Source: Catajapyx aquilonaris
Taxonomy: Eukaryota
Assembly (NCBI GenBank): GCA_000934665.2
Contig: KZ539370.1
Coordinates: 1 to 44,104 of the forward strand
Reading direction: 5' to 3'
DNA: 44,104 bases
Each line of letters opens with the position of its first letter. Position 1 is the stretch's first letter. The position numbers and the translations under genes were made by a program. This document shows positions 1 through 13,637 of this stretch, piece by piece. Under the pieces are notes generated by a model. The model made no database searches. It worked only from the letters and a program-made list of their open reading frames with translations, and was not told where the DNA came from.

Positions 1-51
1 CACCCACGCCAAAGGGGCGCGCACCGAAGAAGACCCCCGAAGAACACTCAC

Positions 52-284
52 GTATCGCAGCAGCGGCGGCGTCACACTCTGGCTGCGGCTGCTGCCTCTG
101 CCTGGTTTTTTTCGCCGTTGTCGTGGGTGGTTGCGGGTGGTCCCCTCCCCGGGTGCGCCTTGGCCAACCCCACCCCGCACCCCCGGGCCGCCCCTGTGTT
201 CTCGGCGAGGGCGCCCCCACCGCTCTTTTTAGCACGAGGGTTGAAAGTCGGTGGCGGTGGGGGTTAGGAAACAAGATGGCTGCC
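52..284 (-). other. Probable non-coding first exon of a minus-strand gene that continues off the left edge
   Basis: GC-rich tract. On the minus strand it starts near GGCAGCCATCTTG (YY1/Pho motif, 272-284) and ends in a strong donor TAC|GTGAGT (GT at 51-50). Two DRE sites lie just upstream. Confidence 0.55.
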
Positions 285-415
285 CGATCACAACGTGATC
301 ACCCTCCCCCCCCCCTCCCCCCTTATCGCAATAATATCGATATTTTCCTCCCCTCCCCCACACACCCAATGCCCCATTCCCCCAACACTGCTGAACCCCA
401 CGATATTTATCGATA
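272..415 (-). promoter_or_regulatory. Housekeeping-type promoter: YY1/Pho motif plus two DRE (TATCGATA) elements
   Basis: CAAGATGGCTGCC at 272-284; exact TATCGATA palindromes at 335-342 and 408-415 (the DREF/BEAF element of arthropod housekeeping promoters). Confidence 0.6.
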
Positions 416-2783
416 TTCCCCCGCTCTACCTTTTCCTGCTCTGCTGGTCGCTACGGGGTCCACCTCTCTGCAGGCACGGGCTGGATGGGCTGCGGTTTTT
501 TTTTTAAAAATGTCCTTTTTTTTCTTCTTTTCTTTTTTTCTTTTTGATATAAAATTCGAAGGGCGGGTGAGGCCTTGGTTCCTACTAAAGGATTGTTTCG
601 CTTGTAGTTTTCGAATTTGCGAAAAATGTGTATATATATTTTTTGGGCCCGATGTTCCGAGACGGCCTCCACTATAAAATGATATAAAAAATTGGGGGGA
701 GGTTTTCGAGAGGGTTTTGCACCGAGACTATTATTGAGCTGTTGCCTTGGATTCGTGACCCCGCCCCACGGCAGGCCGGGAAATAAGGGGCGGTGGGAAT
801 GGAAGTAGAGGAGATGGGCCAGGAGATGGTATTGCCAGGCTTGCAAATAATAATAATAAAAACATGCGGGGGCGGAGGGGAGGTCATACTCGATCGTCTT
901 TTTTTTTAAGCGCCACGAAGATGGATTTCAAAATTAAGCGCGGCCATGATTGATGCAGTACAGGCACAGTTTCCCCCCCGCGTGGTTCGAACGATAGAAT
1001 TTGTGGCACGGCCGACATTACAATGATAATGTTTTTCCCCTATTTCCCTTGTTCTCCGTACAGCTGGAAAGCGGGACGGACGGAATAAATTAGTGGGACG
1101 GCACGTGTCATAAGTGCAAGGAAGTGTGACCCCCCCCGGAACAAACGAAGGGGCCAAGGAAGGAAAGAAAGAAGAAGAAAAAAAAAGAGGGCCACGAGAG
1201 GGAACAAACTGCAAGTGTACAGGGTGTCGCCTTCAAAGGAAACCCACGAGGAAAAAAAGGGGGAACCCTCAAGGATCACCCTCATGCCAAAAAAAAAACA
1301 GCTCCCCCTCCCCTCAAAAACATTTTTTTTGCGACCTGCCTTCAGACCCCACGACTTCCTAATCTACTCTTTTAATGTATAATTCGAGGGGATGTATAAC
1401 ATCCTTTCAATGAACCCTCAGACGGAAAGGGAATGGTCAAAACACTTGCAGGTACAGTACCCGATCCTCTTTTTTTTGTGGGTGCCCGACACTTGCCACT
1501 TACATTTTTTTCACGTTCCCGGTCCCTTCTGACCCCTCTTTTTTGAGGATAAAAAAAGGTTGGAGATACTTCTCCTTTTCCCTTTTTTTTTTGCAGGGTG
1601 AGGTACCTGTCACATTGGAAAGGTCCGTCCCCTCGTCACTTGGGGACACGCGAGTTCATTTGGGAATGGTGTTGGCATGTAGGCGGGTTTCGAAGAGGGG
1701 ACGGGGGGAAAGGGACAAAGAGATGTCGCACCTCACGAAAAATTTTAAATCACTTAGTAATTCCCCGATTTTTTTGGCAGAACACAACCTAAGGCAATTT
1801 ATTCATTACCTGGAGCCATGCTCCACTGGGTTATTCCGACCGGACTGTATATCGAACACCACTTCATCTTTATCCTACTGCTTGCCATGTGGACTGGCAA
1901 AATCACATCAAGCCGGTCCATTGCTGGGTGGTTGCTGATTGGGGGAGGCATAGAAACTGAGACAATCTGGAGGCAAGCATATGAATAACATCCATTATAG
2001 AAAATAGACAGTCGGAAATAGACGCTGTGATGCAGTACTATTTGACCATAAGTAACTATCCAGGTGTCAACCTTGTTGTCATATATAGCTTTCGTATAAA
2101 AAAATCTTTACAGTGAAAAATTCCAATGTAGGCCAGCTTAGTTTCCGACTCAACTTTTCTGCCTACAGGTGCTTCATGCGTGCACAAAACGGTTAATAAC
2201 TTCTGTAGCACACTTTAAAATTAGTTACACAATGACATTGGCTCTTACACCCTTTGGATATGATTTCCCTCGCTTTCACTGATTGTAGGCTACAATAATC
2301 GTTGAACTTACACATGTTCCAGGTAAACTTTTTGCTCGAGTCAGCATACATTCAGGAACGATAATGTAACATTACAGTATTATTTCTGTAATCAGACGAT
2401 ACTACGTCACTAGTTACAATACGTTACTAGTGTCAAATTGTTAGTTGCATTGTTTAAATTTGTTACAGTTAATTGCTGCCATTGTGACATATTGTGGTCT
2501 CATCCCCACACACCAACACTGACTCCGTATTATCCCCCCCCCCCCTCCTCCCCAACTCATAATAATGTGGCGATGGTTATCCAGGGATAAATGTTTTCGG
2601 AGACTTGGGTACTGCTGTGTGTGGGACTTCTGGGTGGCAACCAACCCGAGGACCCCGACCCCTGATCCCTCCCTCGTCCCTTCCTCGACAGGGTGTTCTC
2701 CCACCCCCTTTATTCCTCCCTCCCCTCCCCCTGGCCCGCTCCCCTCCACATGCTCCCCGATGCATGAGATCCAACTCTCCCAC

Positions 2784-2863
<80 letters not shown>
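2784..2863. repeat. (ATA)n microsatellite, about 26 units
   Basis: Perfect ataataata... run; it explains the poly-I and poly-Y ORFs. Confidence 0.97.
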
Positions 2864-3202
2864 TCATCCACAAGTCACACCTTGAATAAAGGATATGCTT
2901 AGACCCAGGAATAGAGCCATAGACTATCACCGAACAAGGGGGAGAGGGACGAGGGTTTTCTTCTTCTTCTTCTTCAGTTTCTTGCGCTCATTATTGTTCC
3001 AGTCTTGTACCTGAGACATGGGTTGTGAGTCGTTTGTCTCCAATATTTCTGAGAATTACCTCAGAAACAGAGCTTCGGCGTCATTGCATTGCAGATTTCA
3101 CCTCACATTAATAGGGGTTGGGAATAATTTTAAAAATTTACCCGTGGCTGATTAAAATTACAGTAAAACCCTGATTATTATCAATCACCCAAGGGACTGG
3201 GG

Positions 3203-3250
3203 CATTGTCGGATAACAAAGAAGTCGTATAATAATCCGAGGAACAAAGGC

Positions 3251-3283
<33 letters not shown>

Positions 3284-3455
3284 TTCATAATAATGTACAA
3301 TATTACGCTTTTCTAAGGAAATAGTGAAGTATTTATCTTTTATACGTACACACTCTGTGTGATTAGTATGCCTGCATCACAGTATTCGATGAGAAAGCGT
3401 ACCGGTACATTTATTGCTGGAGCGGGACGGTCGGATAAGCGGGTTCTATACTGTA
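3203..3455. mobile_element. pogo/Tigger-like MITE remnant (one end)
   Basis: Ends ...GTCGGATAAGCGGGTTCTATACTG-TA; the reverse complement TA-CAGTATAGAACCCGCTTATCCG resembles Tigger/pogo TIRs. The sub-repeat GTCGGATAA recurs at about 3207. The partner TIR was not found. Confidence 0.4.
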
Positions 3456-5782
3456 TATGAATAAATAACATCATTTGATGAAGAAGTTAATTCCCTAGAA
3501 AGCGTTATTGTAGTCACGGAACCCTTTCTGCTCTACAAAACTCTGCCGGAACACCTACCACAATAAAACCTTGCGTCATTTCTTGTTTTTAACATATGGG
3601 CTCTACCGGTTTATTAAATCAGATTATACAATAACCTTATATACTGTATAGAACTATATCTCCGCTAAAACCTTATTGGAACAGGCCGAAGAATCCTGGG
3701 GTTCCCGTGCCATCGCATCGGTTGAAGAACTTGCCCCTACACAATACACATACTATGCAAGTGACATCAACAATTACAACAAACATCATACTTGGAACTT
3801 CATATCGGAGTACAGTATATACTGTATAGGCCTACGGTATGTTTTGTCAGGCCGAAGTTTCCGCGATTTAGTTTAAAAATGATTCAAGATTCAAGATAAA
3901 ATTTTCGTCGCCAGCACTTTCACTGCTGTGCGTGAGTTTCAACAATATAAGCTTACATTGGATATATTATTTTATGAATTTAAAGGGTGTGCGGAAGGCC
4001 TTTTGTTTCATTTTGGTTGGAGGGGGGAAGGGGGTGCGAAACCAATGCGGCCGGTGAGAATTTATTTTTGGCTCTGTATAATTCAAAAATTCCAGATTAA
4101 CACTTTCATGTACGTTCCATATACATGACAGCATGCAATTAATTTGGGTACACTCCCTATATACTGTGATAAATTTCCAGCACGAATATAAAAACGGCGT
4201 TGCCGGGTTCTTGCAATGATGCTTAGGTGTCTGAGACATTGCATCATCCAAGAGAGACTTTTAATTTGCATATTGTTCATGAAATTCTAACTGTTACTGC
4301 TACCTCATTCTTGGTGGTTCCTTGGTACAGTACAATCTATTGCATTGGCATAAACCTTGAAATAAACACTCCTGCAATGATAATTCTGTGATATTGAGGG
4401 AGGCGAAGTGGCGCTGCGGTAACTCCGTATATGGCTGGGTGCTCTCCCGATTATTGCCAGTTATGACATCCGTCACTATTTTGGTATTGATAAAAGTCGA
4501 AAAATCAAGAGTAGGTCCTGGCAGGTGGGTATGGGGCGAAGGGATATCAAGAGCGCGACGTATAGTAATGTCGGGGGAAAAACTGATGGCCCAAAAGATC
4601 ATGCAAGGCCTGAGTCCTATTAAGGGGTTCATGATAACTTGAACATCCTTTTTATTATTGTAGGGATTTACCTCAAAGATGATGACGGCCGTTTTGACCC
4701 GCACCTCCTGTCGCTTGATTGCGTTGCAATTGCAATATTTCATGCATGACATCATGACATGTTTGTCGCTGGATAATCTTCTTTAAGGATTGGTTTTTCC
4801 ATGACAGATAGTAGCCTACGAGTACAAACTGCTAAGTACCGGTTGTTATTATCAACAGTTAGGTAACAAAATTAAAGCCTCCTTCTATCTGGCATGGGTT
4901 TTTAATATTTTAAGTTTGAAAGTCATGAACCTGAATACGTAGAGATATTTCCAATTATTGTAGAAGGCGCCAGCAGTTTCAGTTTTACTGTGGTCTTTAT
5001 CAGTTTATTAGAACTTAGGTACTAATCTCGCAACACTTGTATAGTTCTATCGTTGACACTGTGACGTCAGGATCCAATTTCAGATTCTGCTAACTATACA
5101 TTGGCTTCTGTATCCATGTTAAATGCGCATTAAAAATATACGGCAAGTTATATATGCATTACGGTATATTCTCTGCTATTTGAGAGTCGCGGCCCACTGC
5201 ACTGTGTGGCAAATGAGTCAAAGAATGACACCGCAACTTTCCAGAAGTCCTATACCAATCCCCGGAACTAAATCTTAGGAAAACCCCTCGTTCATCCCAT
5301 TTTATTGTGAAGCTCCCAGACTCGAACCTTTAGGGCGAACGACTTTTTACAACCTATACTTCCTTCGAAATGTGATTTTTCTTCTAATTCCAACTAATCG
5401 CCTGCGAAACTCTCACTTTATACATCCAAATTTCAAATGTGCACTGCCAAATAAACAACTGATACACTCCGTATCATACCTTGACTATCGATAGAGGTAT
5501 ATCCTGTCATAATGAGATTTTAAAAAAAATACATATTCCGTAACGGTATACTGCAGCACAAATTAACTATAGTAGATTGAGGGAGTTGTTGTTGTAGTTT
5601 GTTTATTTGTATTTTGTCAAACTGAATCAAACTATAGGAAGGAGGAGATGCAAGGGCCGCATTGGCTGGGTCACCCGAAGTTCCTAACAGGGTAGACTGA
5701 CGCAGAAATCTCCATATACGGTCAGAAATGGATCAAGTGTTGCATGCGTTTAAATTTAAAGCTCATAGAGTGTATATCGGTA

Positions 5783-6928
5783 AGGGATGTAAAAAAAAGA
5801 CGGAAATTTGATTGCCGGAAACAAACCTGGTTTGGGGAAAAAAATTTGTTTCTCTCCAAACACATTTACTTTTTTGCACATTTTTTTGTGCTTTTAATGC
5901 ACACTATCAAGTTCTTATTACATATATACCACTGTTCATAAAAGTCAAATTATTAATATTAATACCAGAAATAAATTTAATAAAACGAACCCCCCGAAGG
6001 ACTCCAGGAACCAATCACTGCATCAACAATGTTTTTGTTGGGAATATTTTGTCAACGTCTGGGCCAAAATGAGTCCATATTGCACTGGATTTAGTAGAAT
6101 CTTTTGAGATAGGCTACTTTGATATTTTTCACTGGCTAAAAAACCAATAATATATTATGTAGGCATTCAGAATAATGTAGCCCTACGTGTTTTATGAAAA
6201 GCGCCTGCACTTGGTTGATGCTATGTCACATATCGAAAATATGTATTCAAATATCATATTTTTTGCTCCACCTTAGTATCATTGTTTTTACGCCAAATCA
6301 TATTGTGACTTTCATCACCAAATACCAGTTGGCGATTTCAACTGGTTTGCATGCTGATTGGTTTCCTTTCATCGACATGCTCAAAATTTAGTCGTCCAAA
6401 ACATTATATCCATCAGTCCAGTTTATTGGCATTTGCCAGATATTATTTTGCTTTAAACGAAAATGCTGAAAAAGACTGAAAAATGCGAGATAATTATTAC
6501 CACTGGCAAATAACCCTACAGATTCTTTGGTTATTGGTTGATATAATTACACGCAAAGAGCATATTAGAGGTATAAATACCCAAAAAATTTATGCGTGGA
6601 ATATTATTATAGTACGACTTGTAATAAATTGCATTATACATGAAAAATTGGTTTTGATGATCGAAGCCATTTTAAAACTAANNNNNNNNNNNNNNNNNNN
6701 NNNNNNNNNNNNNNNNNNNNNNNNNNNNNNNNNNNNNNNNNNNNNNNNNNNNNNNNNNNNNNNNNNNNNNNNNNNNNNNNNNNNNNNNNNNNNNNNNNNN
6801 NNNNNNNNNNNNNNNNNNNNNNNNNNGGGGGGGGGGGGGGACGAACAAATTTTGCTCGGAAAAAAATTGAAAAAAAAACATTTTCCTCAAAAAAATCCGG
6901 TCCCACCGTCCCGGCCGTTACAACCCTA
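5783..6928. mobile_element. Possible hAT-type non-autonomous element spanning the assembly gap
   Basis: Right end ...GTTACAACCCTA (reverse complement TAGGGTTGTAAC, hAT-like TIR) loosely matches AAGGGATGTAA at about 5783. No target-site duplication confirmed. Confidence 0.25.
6682..6826. other. Assembly gap (145 N)
   Basis: Run of N. Single-N joins also occur at 8372 and 19601. Confidence 1.
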
Positions 6929-8233
6929 GTAAGGACTTTAAAATACTACAGTGTTTTCCCCTTCTCGACACAGCTGCAAAAAATCGCTAATGTCATATGA
7001 TAGGTCAATCTGTAAAGTTAAAAAATGTTTCCTTCAATGCCTTCTGCTAGCTATTAGCACTAAGAATTCATTGGATTATATCTCCTATAAAAAAACTATA
7101 TTTAAAGTCTTGCTCTCAAGCTGCCCCCGCAGACGCCAACTGGACATGTGTGCGTACACGACATTTCTGCCACTACAAAAGTAAGTATAATTATGAAACA
7201 CCACGGTATTATGCCATCGCATGTCGGGGGAGAAACCCCCTGTAATAATCGTTCGATGTTCCCTCCACTCTCCTCCCCCCAAACTTTGTAATTACTACAT
7301 GATCCCCCTCCCCCCTTATTGGTATTTTATTGTGTCATCGCCATCACTAATTCTCCCTCTGAATGTGCAGTGCATGCTAGGGTCTTTTATTATCCTCTAT
7401 TGCAGGTTTCAAGCTTACATACATTCGCCAAAAATCCAATCAGAATCCTAAACCAAGATATACGTATATACTTTTTTTTCTTCGAAATAAGCGTGTATAT
7501 ACACATGAATCAAATATACGTTGGAAGGCTCCGCACACTGTCAGAGAAAGCCGATCGTCAATCATTTTTGTATGGTCAGTCGATGTGAATAGTTTTCCCC
7601 TTTTTTCTTGTTTTCAAAAATGAACTATGAAGATCTTTCTTCACATATGATGATACGCTTGCTCCACATGACAACGTACATGTATAGTACATCAGATTAA
7701 CACTATAGAATGGTCATCTGTGGCCCTATTTCCCACGACCATTCAGCCTATTCACCTATTGCTGTATTAATAATTGATTACCCGATGATAGGCCTGTGAA
7801 GCAGGCTGCTGTACCTGCATACAATGTGGAGATGGCCAGATGAAAGAGGGTGAGAGGGGGGGGGGGGAATTTAACTTCTTTTTTTTAATCAGGTTTTTCT
7901 TGCAAATGCGGATAATCTTCACGAATTATCAATACAACGAGACATTTCAAACGGAAGTTCGTATTCTTCCCCTCTATCGATGCTCTTATTCGCCCTGTAT
8001 ATATCCCCAACCATATACTATAGTTCACATCTGAGCAACTCCAAAATAATTCTGAACCACACATGAACTTGACCGCTAACACGAATAACCGCCGTTATTT
8101 GTTCAAAGACAACTATTAATTTTAAATTTCATCCCAGCAGGCTTGAATATACTCAATCTTTGCAAAAGTTTATTTCAGCTCATGTGTGCGTGTGACACCA
8201 TTTTATACACCCTCTTTTCTCATCAGATACGTA

Positions 8234-8371
8234 TACAGGGGTTGCACAAAATAATAAGAACACCTGGGAAAAGCGGTTTGAAATTTCCCGCCTGTTTTAT
8301 TCGGAAACTGGAAACTTACAAATATGACTTTTACCTATATAGTTTTGAAGCTCCGTCGATGTACATTGTCG
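8234..8371. mobile_element. Tc1/mariner-type MITE left end, truncated at a contig join
   Basis: TA followed by CAGGGGTTGCACAAAATAATAAGAACACC, a typical Tc1/mariner TIR start. The sequence breaks at the N at 8372 and no right TIR is visible. Confidence 0.5.
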
Positions 8372-10011
8372 NGGGGGGGGGCGTAATTTTCAAATATTGT
8401 CCCTATATTGACCCCGCGTCCCTCTTCAGCCAGTCTTATAAGTTATAACCATAACTTATTCTACGCTGATAAGTTCGAAATCTTAAGATAAAAATATTAG
8501 CGTATTGCTGCTGCTGCTATGAAAATCAGTGTACTGAACGAATGAGCATAAGTCAGTATTGACCAAACGATATGAACAATATTCCCAGTTGGTGCTATAA
8601 TTTGTGCGGCCAATTATAACACACCAGCCAGCGATATACCACCACAAGTCTGTTAAAGATCAACTAGTTTTACGCAAGCAAGACGGTCGAGGTGCTACGC
8701 ATCGTCAGAATGCGTTCACTATCAACCTGCCTGGGTTGGTGCCAAAAAACGTGTTTTTCAGGGTAGGGGAAATGGTTCCCATTGCCCTCCCTTCCCCCCC
8801 CCCCTCCTCCCCGAGATGCATCCCATTCCTGCGTGCAGGAGCAGAGATGCGATCAGCACCACGCGGGTATTAGGGTGCCCTCGCATTATGCGTCACGCAG
8901 TAAAGTGCGTGTGTCCTTCACTGGGACGTACACAATATTCAGCCAACCCCTCAGAAAGAGGTACGTCTAATTGGCATGTGCACAAGCTAACACCACATCT
9001 GCGAGCAAAGCATTTAACTATATCATCTGTAACGTAACCAATATTATTTTGAAGTCAGGTGTAGTGGTATCAAGCGGAGTGCTTCCCTCCCAGCTTCATT
9101 AGGACCTATATACCACTAAAACAACATATTTATGGCAACCATAGCGTCTGGCTGTGTAATCTGTTATATGGGACATCTTGCCTCTATATACAGACGCAAA
9201 GAACATCTTTGTACAGTACGCACGCACGCTCAGTTTACGCAAGCATCCCAAAGAAATCCTCGCAATAAAACTCAATTACCTTTCACCTGCATGATACTAT
9301 AATTATTTTGGCTGGTTAGGATACATTATTTGAAGACCTGACTCACAATCACATTTGAATGCCCACTTCTTTAAACGTATAGGGTCTATATTTTGGGGTC
9401 CGCAATATGCAGCAGTATCTCTCTGTAAGAAAACTCACAACCTTCACATCAGTTACTATATTACGCAATGCTGAGCTCACTTTCCACTAAACTGTGACTC
9501 TAATCGTTCTGCATATCAAGTCTTCATTTCGTTGACGACAACCGTTTTTCCATTGTGCGGTTTGATAACAATCCTCGTGTCAAGCAATAGTTTTATACGT
9601 TTGTCAGTCTAAAATTGCCCTATTTTGCATTATCGTGATGCCACTCATGTCGTGTCAGAGTTCAACATTAACGCAAAATCATTCATCGACGGGTCATGTC
9701 CCCTGCGAAGAGGTCGCAGCATAATTAACTACTGGGTACTGTTCGATGTGTAACGGCGGGCGCAGCCTCTTGTTACATACATTCCCTACAGCACCAATCC
9801 TCAGGCCACGACAACAGCGACTATACAGTTGCTATGCAGTTTACCACAAAATACATCCCACATTGTCCGCCCCAAAGAGTTTAGAATATAATTATTATGC
9901 TCTTTGGTCCGCCCAAGTTCCTGCAAGTAGTTATCAGACAAGGTAATCAGGAATCGTGTATATAGTGAGCAATCTCCTACATGAAAAATCAGTTTCGGAT
10001 CAAATACGTAC

Positions 10012-10038
10012 TATAAATAAATAAATAAATAAATAAAT
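10012..10038. repeat. (TAAA)n microsatellite
   Basis: About 6 tandem TAAA units. Confidence 0.9.
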
Positions 10039-10914
10039 CTGACTAAATAACTATTCTGCAATTACGTAAGGTTCTCGCTACCTCGTACACAACCGGTGGT
10101 TTCAATTGGAAAAAAAGGCTTTCTTACAGTATATACAATGGCCTTCCCTCACCAAAACGTATAGTATGAGTTGCCCTCCGCTATATTGACAGAATTCGCC
10201 CAAGAGCATTGAAATATCACATTATTTTCCACATCAGTAAATATGCGCTTACTCTTTGTTTGGAGTTTCTATATGGATTTTTCATATAGGAAGAAGTGTC
10301 AATACATCAAACATATGCAGAATACATATTTTGAAGCACATTCTAAAAAGGCAGTTTGTGCTATAGATACTTTGCATAAATTTATTACTGCTCCTGCTCA
10401 TCCCAAGAATTTGTAACGTGCTTGCACAATTTAAGGCACGATGGGCACGAGTTGTTCTGTTATAGCTCTGTCTCGTGTTGGATATTCAAACTTACTCACA
10501 GTGATATAAGAGGGAAGTATTAGAAAGTAGTGTTCAAAATCGGTTTTGGTTGTCATTTACGATTATTACCTAAACTATTCTGACCAAACCCAGAACATCT
10601 CACTGCACACATGATGGGAGAGAGAAAAATAATCTGCTTATCATAGGTTATGGGCGTTGGTATGTGGCGTAAATTTATTAGAAGTGAAACAGAATTATAG
10701 CGTAAACTAATTATATAATTTGCGAGTGCTTCTATTAATTTTTGATTACACCACGTCTCTGGGCAAGCAGGACAATGCAGGATAATTTATCGCGCATATA
10801 TGAGTGCATGTATAGTACAGTATGTCATATTCTGGTGCTTGGAAACACTAACAAACAGAAACAGTAATAATTCCACAAGTAGTATACTATACTCCAATAC
10901 ATCCCACTTTACAT

Positions 10915-10983
10915 CATGAGTCAAAACCACGATCCAACAACCTGTGGAATCAGGCTTTACCGGCTGAGTTACAACACCACAGT
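10915..10983 (-). mobile_element. Degenerate tRNA-derived SINE head
   Basis: Minus strand has TAACTCAGCCGG (A-box-like) and GGTTTTGACTC (degenerate B-box) at tRNA-like spacing; no cloverleaf forms. Confidence 0.3.
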
Positions 10984-12947
10984 CTGCCTCATTATTTTGT
11001 TTCCACTGTATGTTAATCGTATTGCGGATATGTAAGAGACGTGAACAGTGAATGTTTGGCTTTGTCGGTTACAAGCCCTCAAAGCCGGCCAATTAATCTT
11101 CAACTACTTTAGTTATGCAGTATAATACTTCCTCTGGTCCATTTAAAGCAAAATACATCAGTGTTACTTTCATCATTACCGGCAAAGATTTTGTGAGCAA
11201 CATCATGCGTCCGATGACGATTGCTGTTGAATCGATTTTGATTGGGAATGCGACGTTACCGAAGTAACCGATTATACGAAGATGAGAGAAATCTCGATAT
11301 TGTAGGTCCGCATGCTTTCCGATATGATCAGACCCAATGCAATGACGTGAAGATGACAATTTGCAATCTAATGCCCCTCTTATCCGCGCTACCTGATTCC
11401 ATATTTTCAAACATACCGTATACATCAGTGAGATTGTAACTGATTTACTATGAAGCTGATGCCTTGACCAAGTAAAGGTTTGCATTACACTCTTCCCCAT
11501 TCAATTTCGCCCAACTGTGACTCTGACCGCTTTGCAAATCAAATTATTTACCATGGTTTCCTCCTCAGTTTCATGAATTGTCACTTCTATTTATTCTTTT
11601 GCTATATAGTATACTGTACCACTCCGTTTGAGTAAAAATATTGACCGACTATTAGTTCAAGTCCTGTAGTAATTCATTTTTCCTGCGGCAGTTAGCAAAA
11701 ACATGCAGCTGTTGAGTCAACTTATAAAGATCAATCCACCTCCCACCCCCTCACACACACCAAAAAAAGGACTGGGTGCTATTTCAACTACGCAACAACA
11801 ACTAACTGTGGGGCTGCACACTTCATTGTGAAGTTCCATTCGGAAGCTATAAGGGCAAAAATGCAACAATCAGAATTCGCATCATATAGCCATTGCAATC
11901 GATTTTTTTTTTTTTTTGAAGAGGGTTTATACTATACATACACCGTATATCTGCTGATCTAGCCGTGTATCAGAGGACTCATAGGAAATGATCATCATTG
12001 GTATGGAGGATGCGCATCGCGGTTGTTGAGGTATCTGCGGCGCTAGCTCTTTTTAACTTTGATCATGATGTCTGTTTGACACCATCACCTGGAGAATGGG
12101 CTCCATTCTTTCCGCGGCTGCTTCAGCCTGAGAGGTATACAAGGGCTCCCAACCATCATACACCTCCGTCCTATATACCACCGGCAGCTGATTGGACAGG
12201 AATATCGATGGAAGGACGGACAATGCTCTCTTTTCCGCACTTCTAATCCCATCCCTTCTAAGAGGATTGCAATGGACGCTGAATGAAAGGATTGGAGGCA
12301 TAACGCTCGTGTATAGTGCATCGGTGCTAATGAGGCTTCGAATCTATAGCATTGTTATTTGGACGAGTGCTCATTCTTGGTAACTGTACACATTGGAGTT
12401 AAGCGATTATTTCTCGCGAGTGCAACGGACACTCAAGAAAACCGCCTTGTTAGAACAGGTGATGGCGCCTTTAACAATAAATAATGACCACTGACAAGTG
12501 GGCGTGGACATGAGTTTGTTCAGAGTGACACATCCCCCCACCCACACGCACCAGCGGAATACTGGCCAGCACCTGCTGTCTCTCAAGGTGCTCCTTGTCA
12601 GTTACACGAAAGATATTTCGAGGCCAACATATATTCACAAAAGACTGATCCGGCACGCTACTCCAGTTCATGTCACTGCAGAACTGCCCTCTGGTAGTGC
12701 TTTTTTTATGCATTTATTAAGCATAACACACCCAATTACTTAATATTCGCATAACAAATCCGAGAAAGTCATCCAAATTACTGGTAAGAACACCTCGACA
12801 GAGTGTCATGAAAGTGGCATTAAGAAAATTTAGAGCCCTTTCTTGAGCGAATAAAATTGCGCATGTCCTAAACGGCCCGTGCATATTTTCCCTCTTGAAA
12901 AAGTAGAGATAAGTTTTGTTCTCTATCGGAGAGACCCGATGTGAAGA

Positions 12948-13035
12948 GCGGGCTTGGTGGTGCAATGGATAACGTCACAGCCTTCCACCTTTGAGGACCC
13001 GCGTTCGATCCCCGAATCGGACAGTGGATTTTCTC
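12948..13035 (+). mobile_element. tRNA-Gly(TCC)-derived SINE head / pseudo-tRNA
   Basis: TTGGTGGTGCAATGG...GCCTTCCAC...GACCCGCGTTCGATCCCCG parallels tRNA-Gly(TCC). A box at 12958-12968, B box GTTCGATCC at 13003-13011. The acceptor stem does not pair, so it is not a functional tRNA. Confidence 0.65.
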
Positions 13036-13597
13036 AAAGGCTCTCTACTAAGAAGTCAACCTATAACGTAACAATAGCCTGCGACGCAACATCCGATTCA
13101 CAGTGGAACTTTCCGGTGCACTAAAACTGGTCGTGGCTGGAAGAAACCCGCATAATGTGGTAGATTCCCTCAAGTTGCACGTGAGTGATTTTGGGCTGTG
13201 TGTGAATGTGTGTCTGAGAGTTGGGGGGTGGGGAAGGAATGGTTGCTTTGAGCGGTTTCTGCTTACACAGGTAGGCAGCCCGGGGGCATGAAAAGGGGCA
13301 TCAGCAACGTGCAATTGCCGAGAGATCTCATTGCAGCAGCAGGACTCCTTTCTGGGGCCTTTTCTCAGTCTTCCGCCCCCCGCAGGGCACCACTCACATT
13401 CTCTCCTCCTCCTCCTCCTTCCAGAGCTCTTTTGCATAGTACTGATGCATGAGGAGGAGGAGGAGGGGTGGACGAGGTGGGCAGGGGAGGGAGGCATGCC
13501 ATGTGAGCAGAGCACACACACACACTGGTGCCACTTGAAGACATCCACTATAGGTTGAAATCGGAGAAGAGCAGTCCCAGCTGCTTGTGTGCTTTGC

Positions 13598-13602
<5 letters not shown>

Positions 13603-13635
<33 letters not shown>
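13603..13635. repeat. (AG)n microsatellite
   Basis: About 16 AG units inside a CA/GA-rich, promoter-like tract. Confidence 0.95.

Positions 13636-13637
<2 letters not shown>

Noticed and set aside
480..1800. Several 70-180 aa ORFs
   Set aside because: Homopolymer-rich, low-quality-looking sequence; translations are low-complexity with no recognisable domain.
2565..2930. Poly-Ile and poly-Tyr ORFs
   Set aside because: Translations of the (ATA)n microsatellite.
4300..4755. 151-aa minus-strand ORF faintly resembling a LINE ORF2 linker
   Set aside because: No endonuclease or reverse transcriptase motifs; too weak to call without a search.
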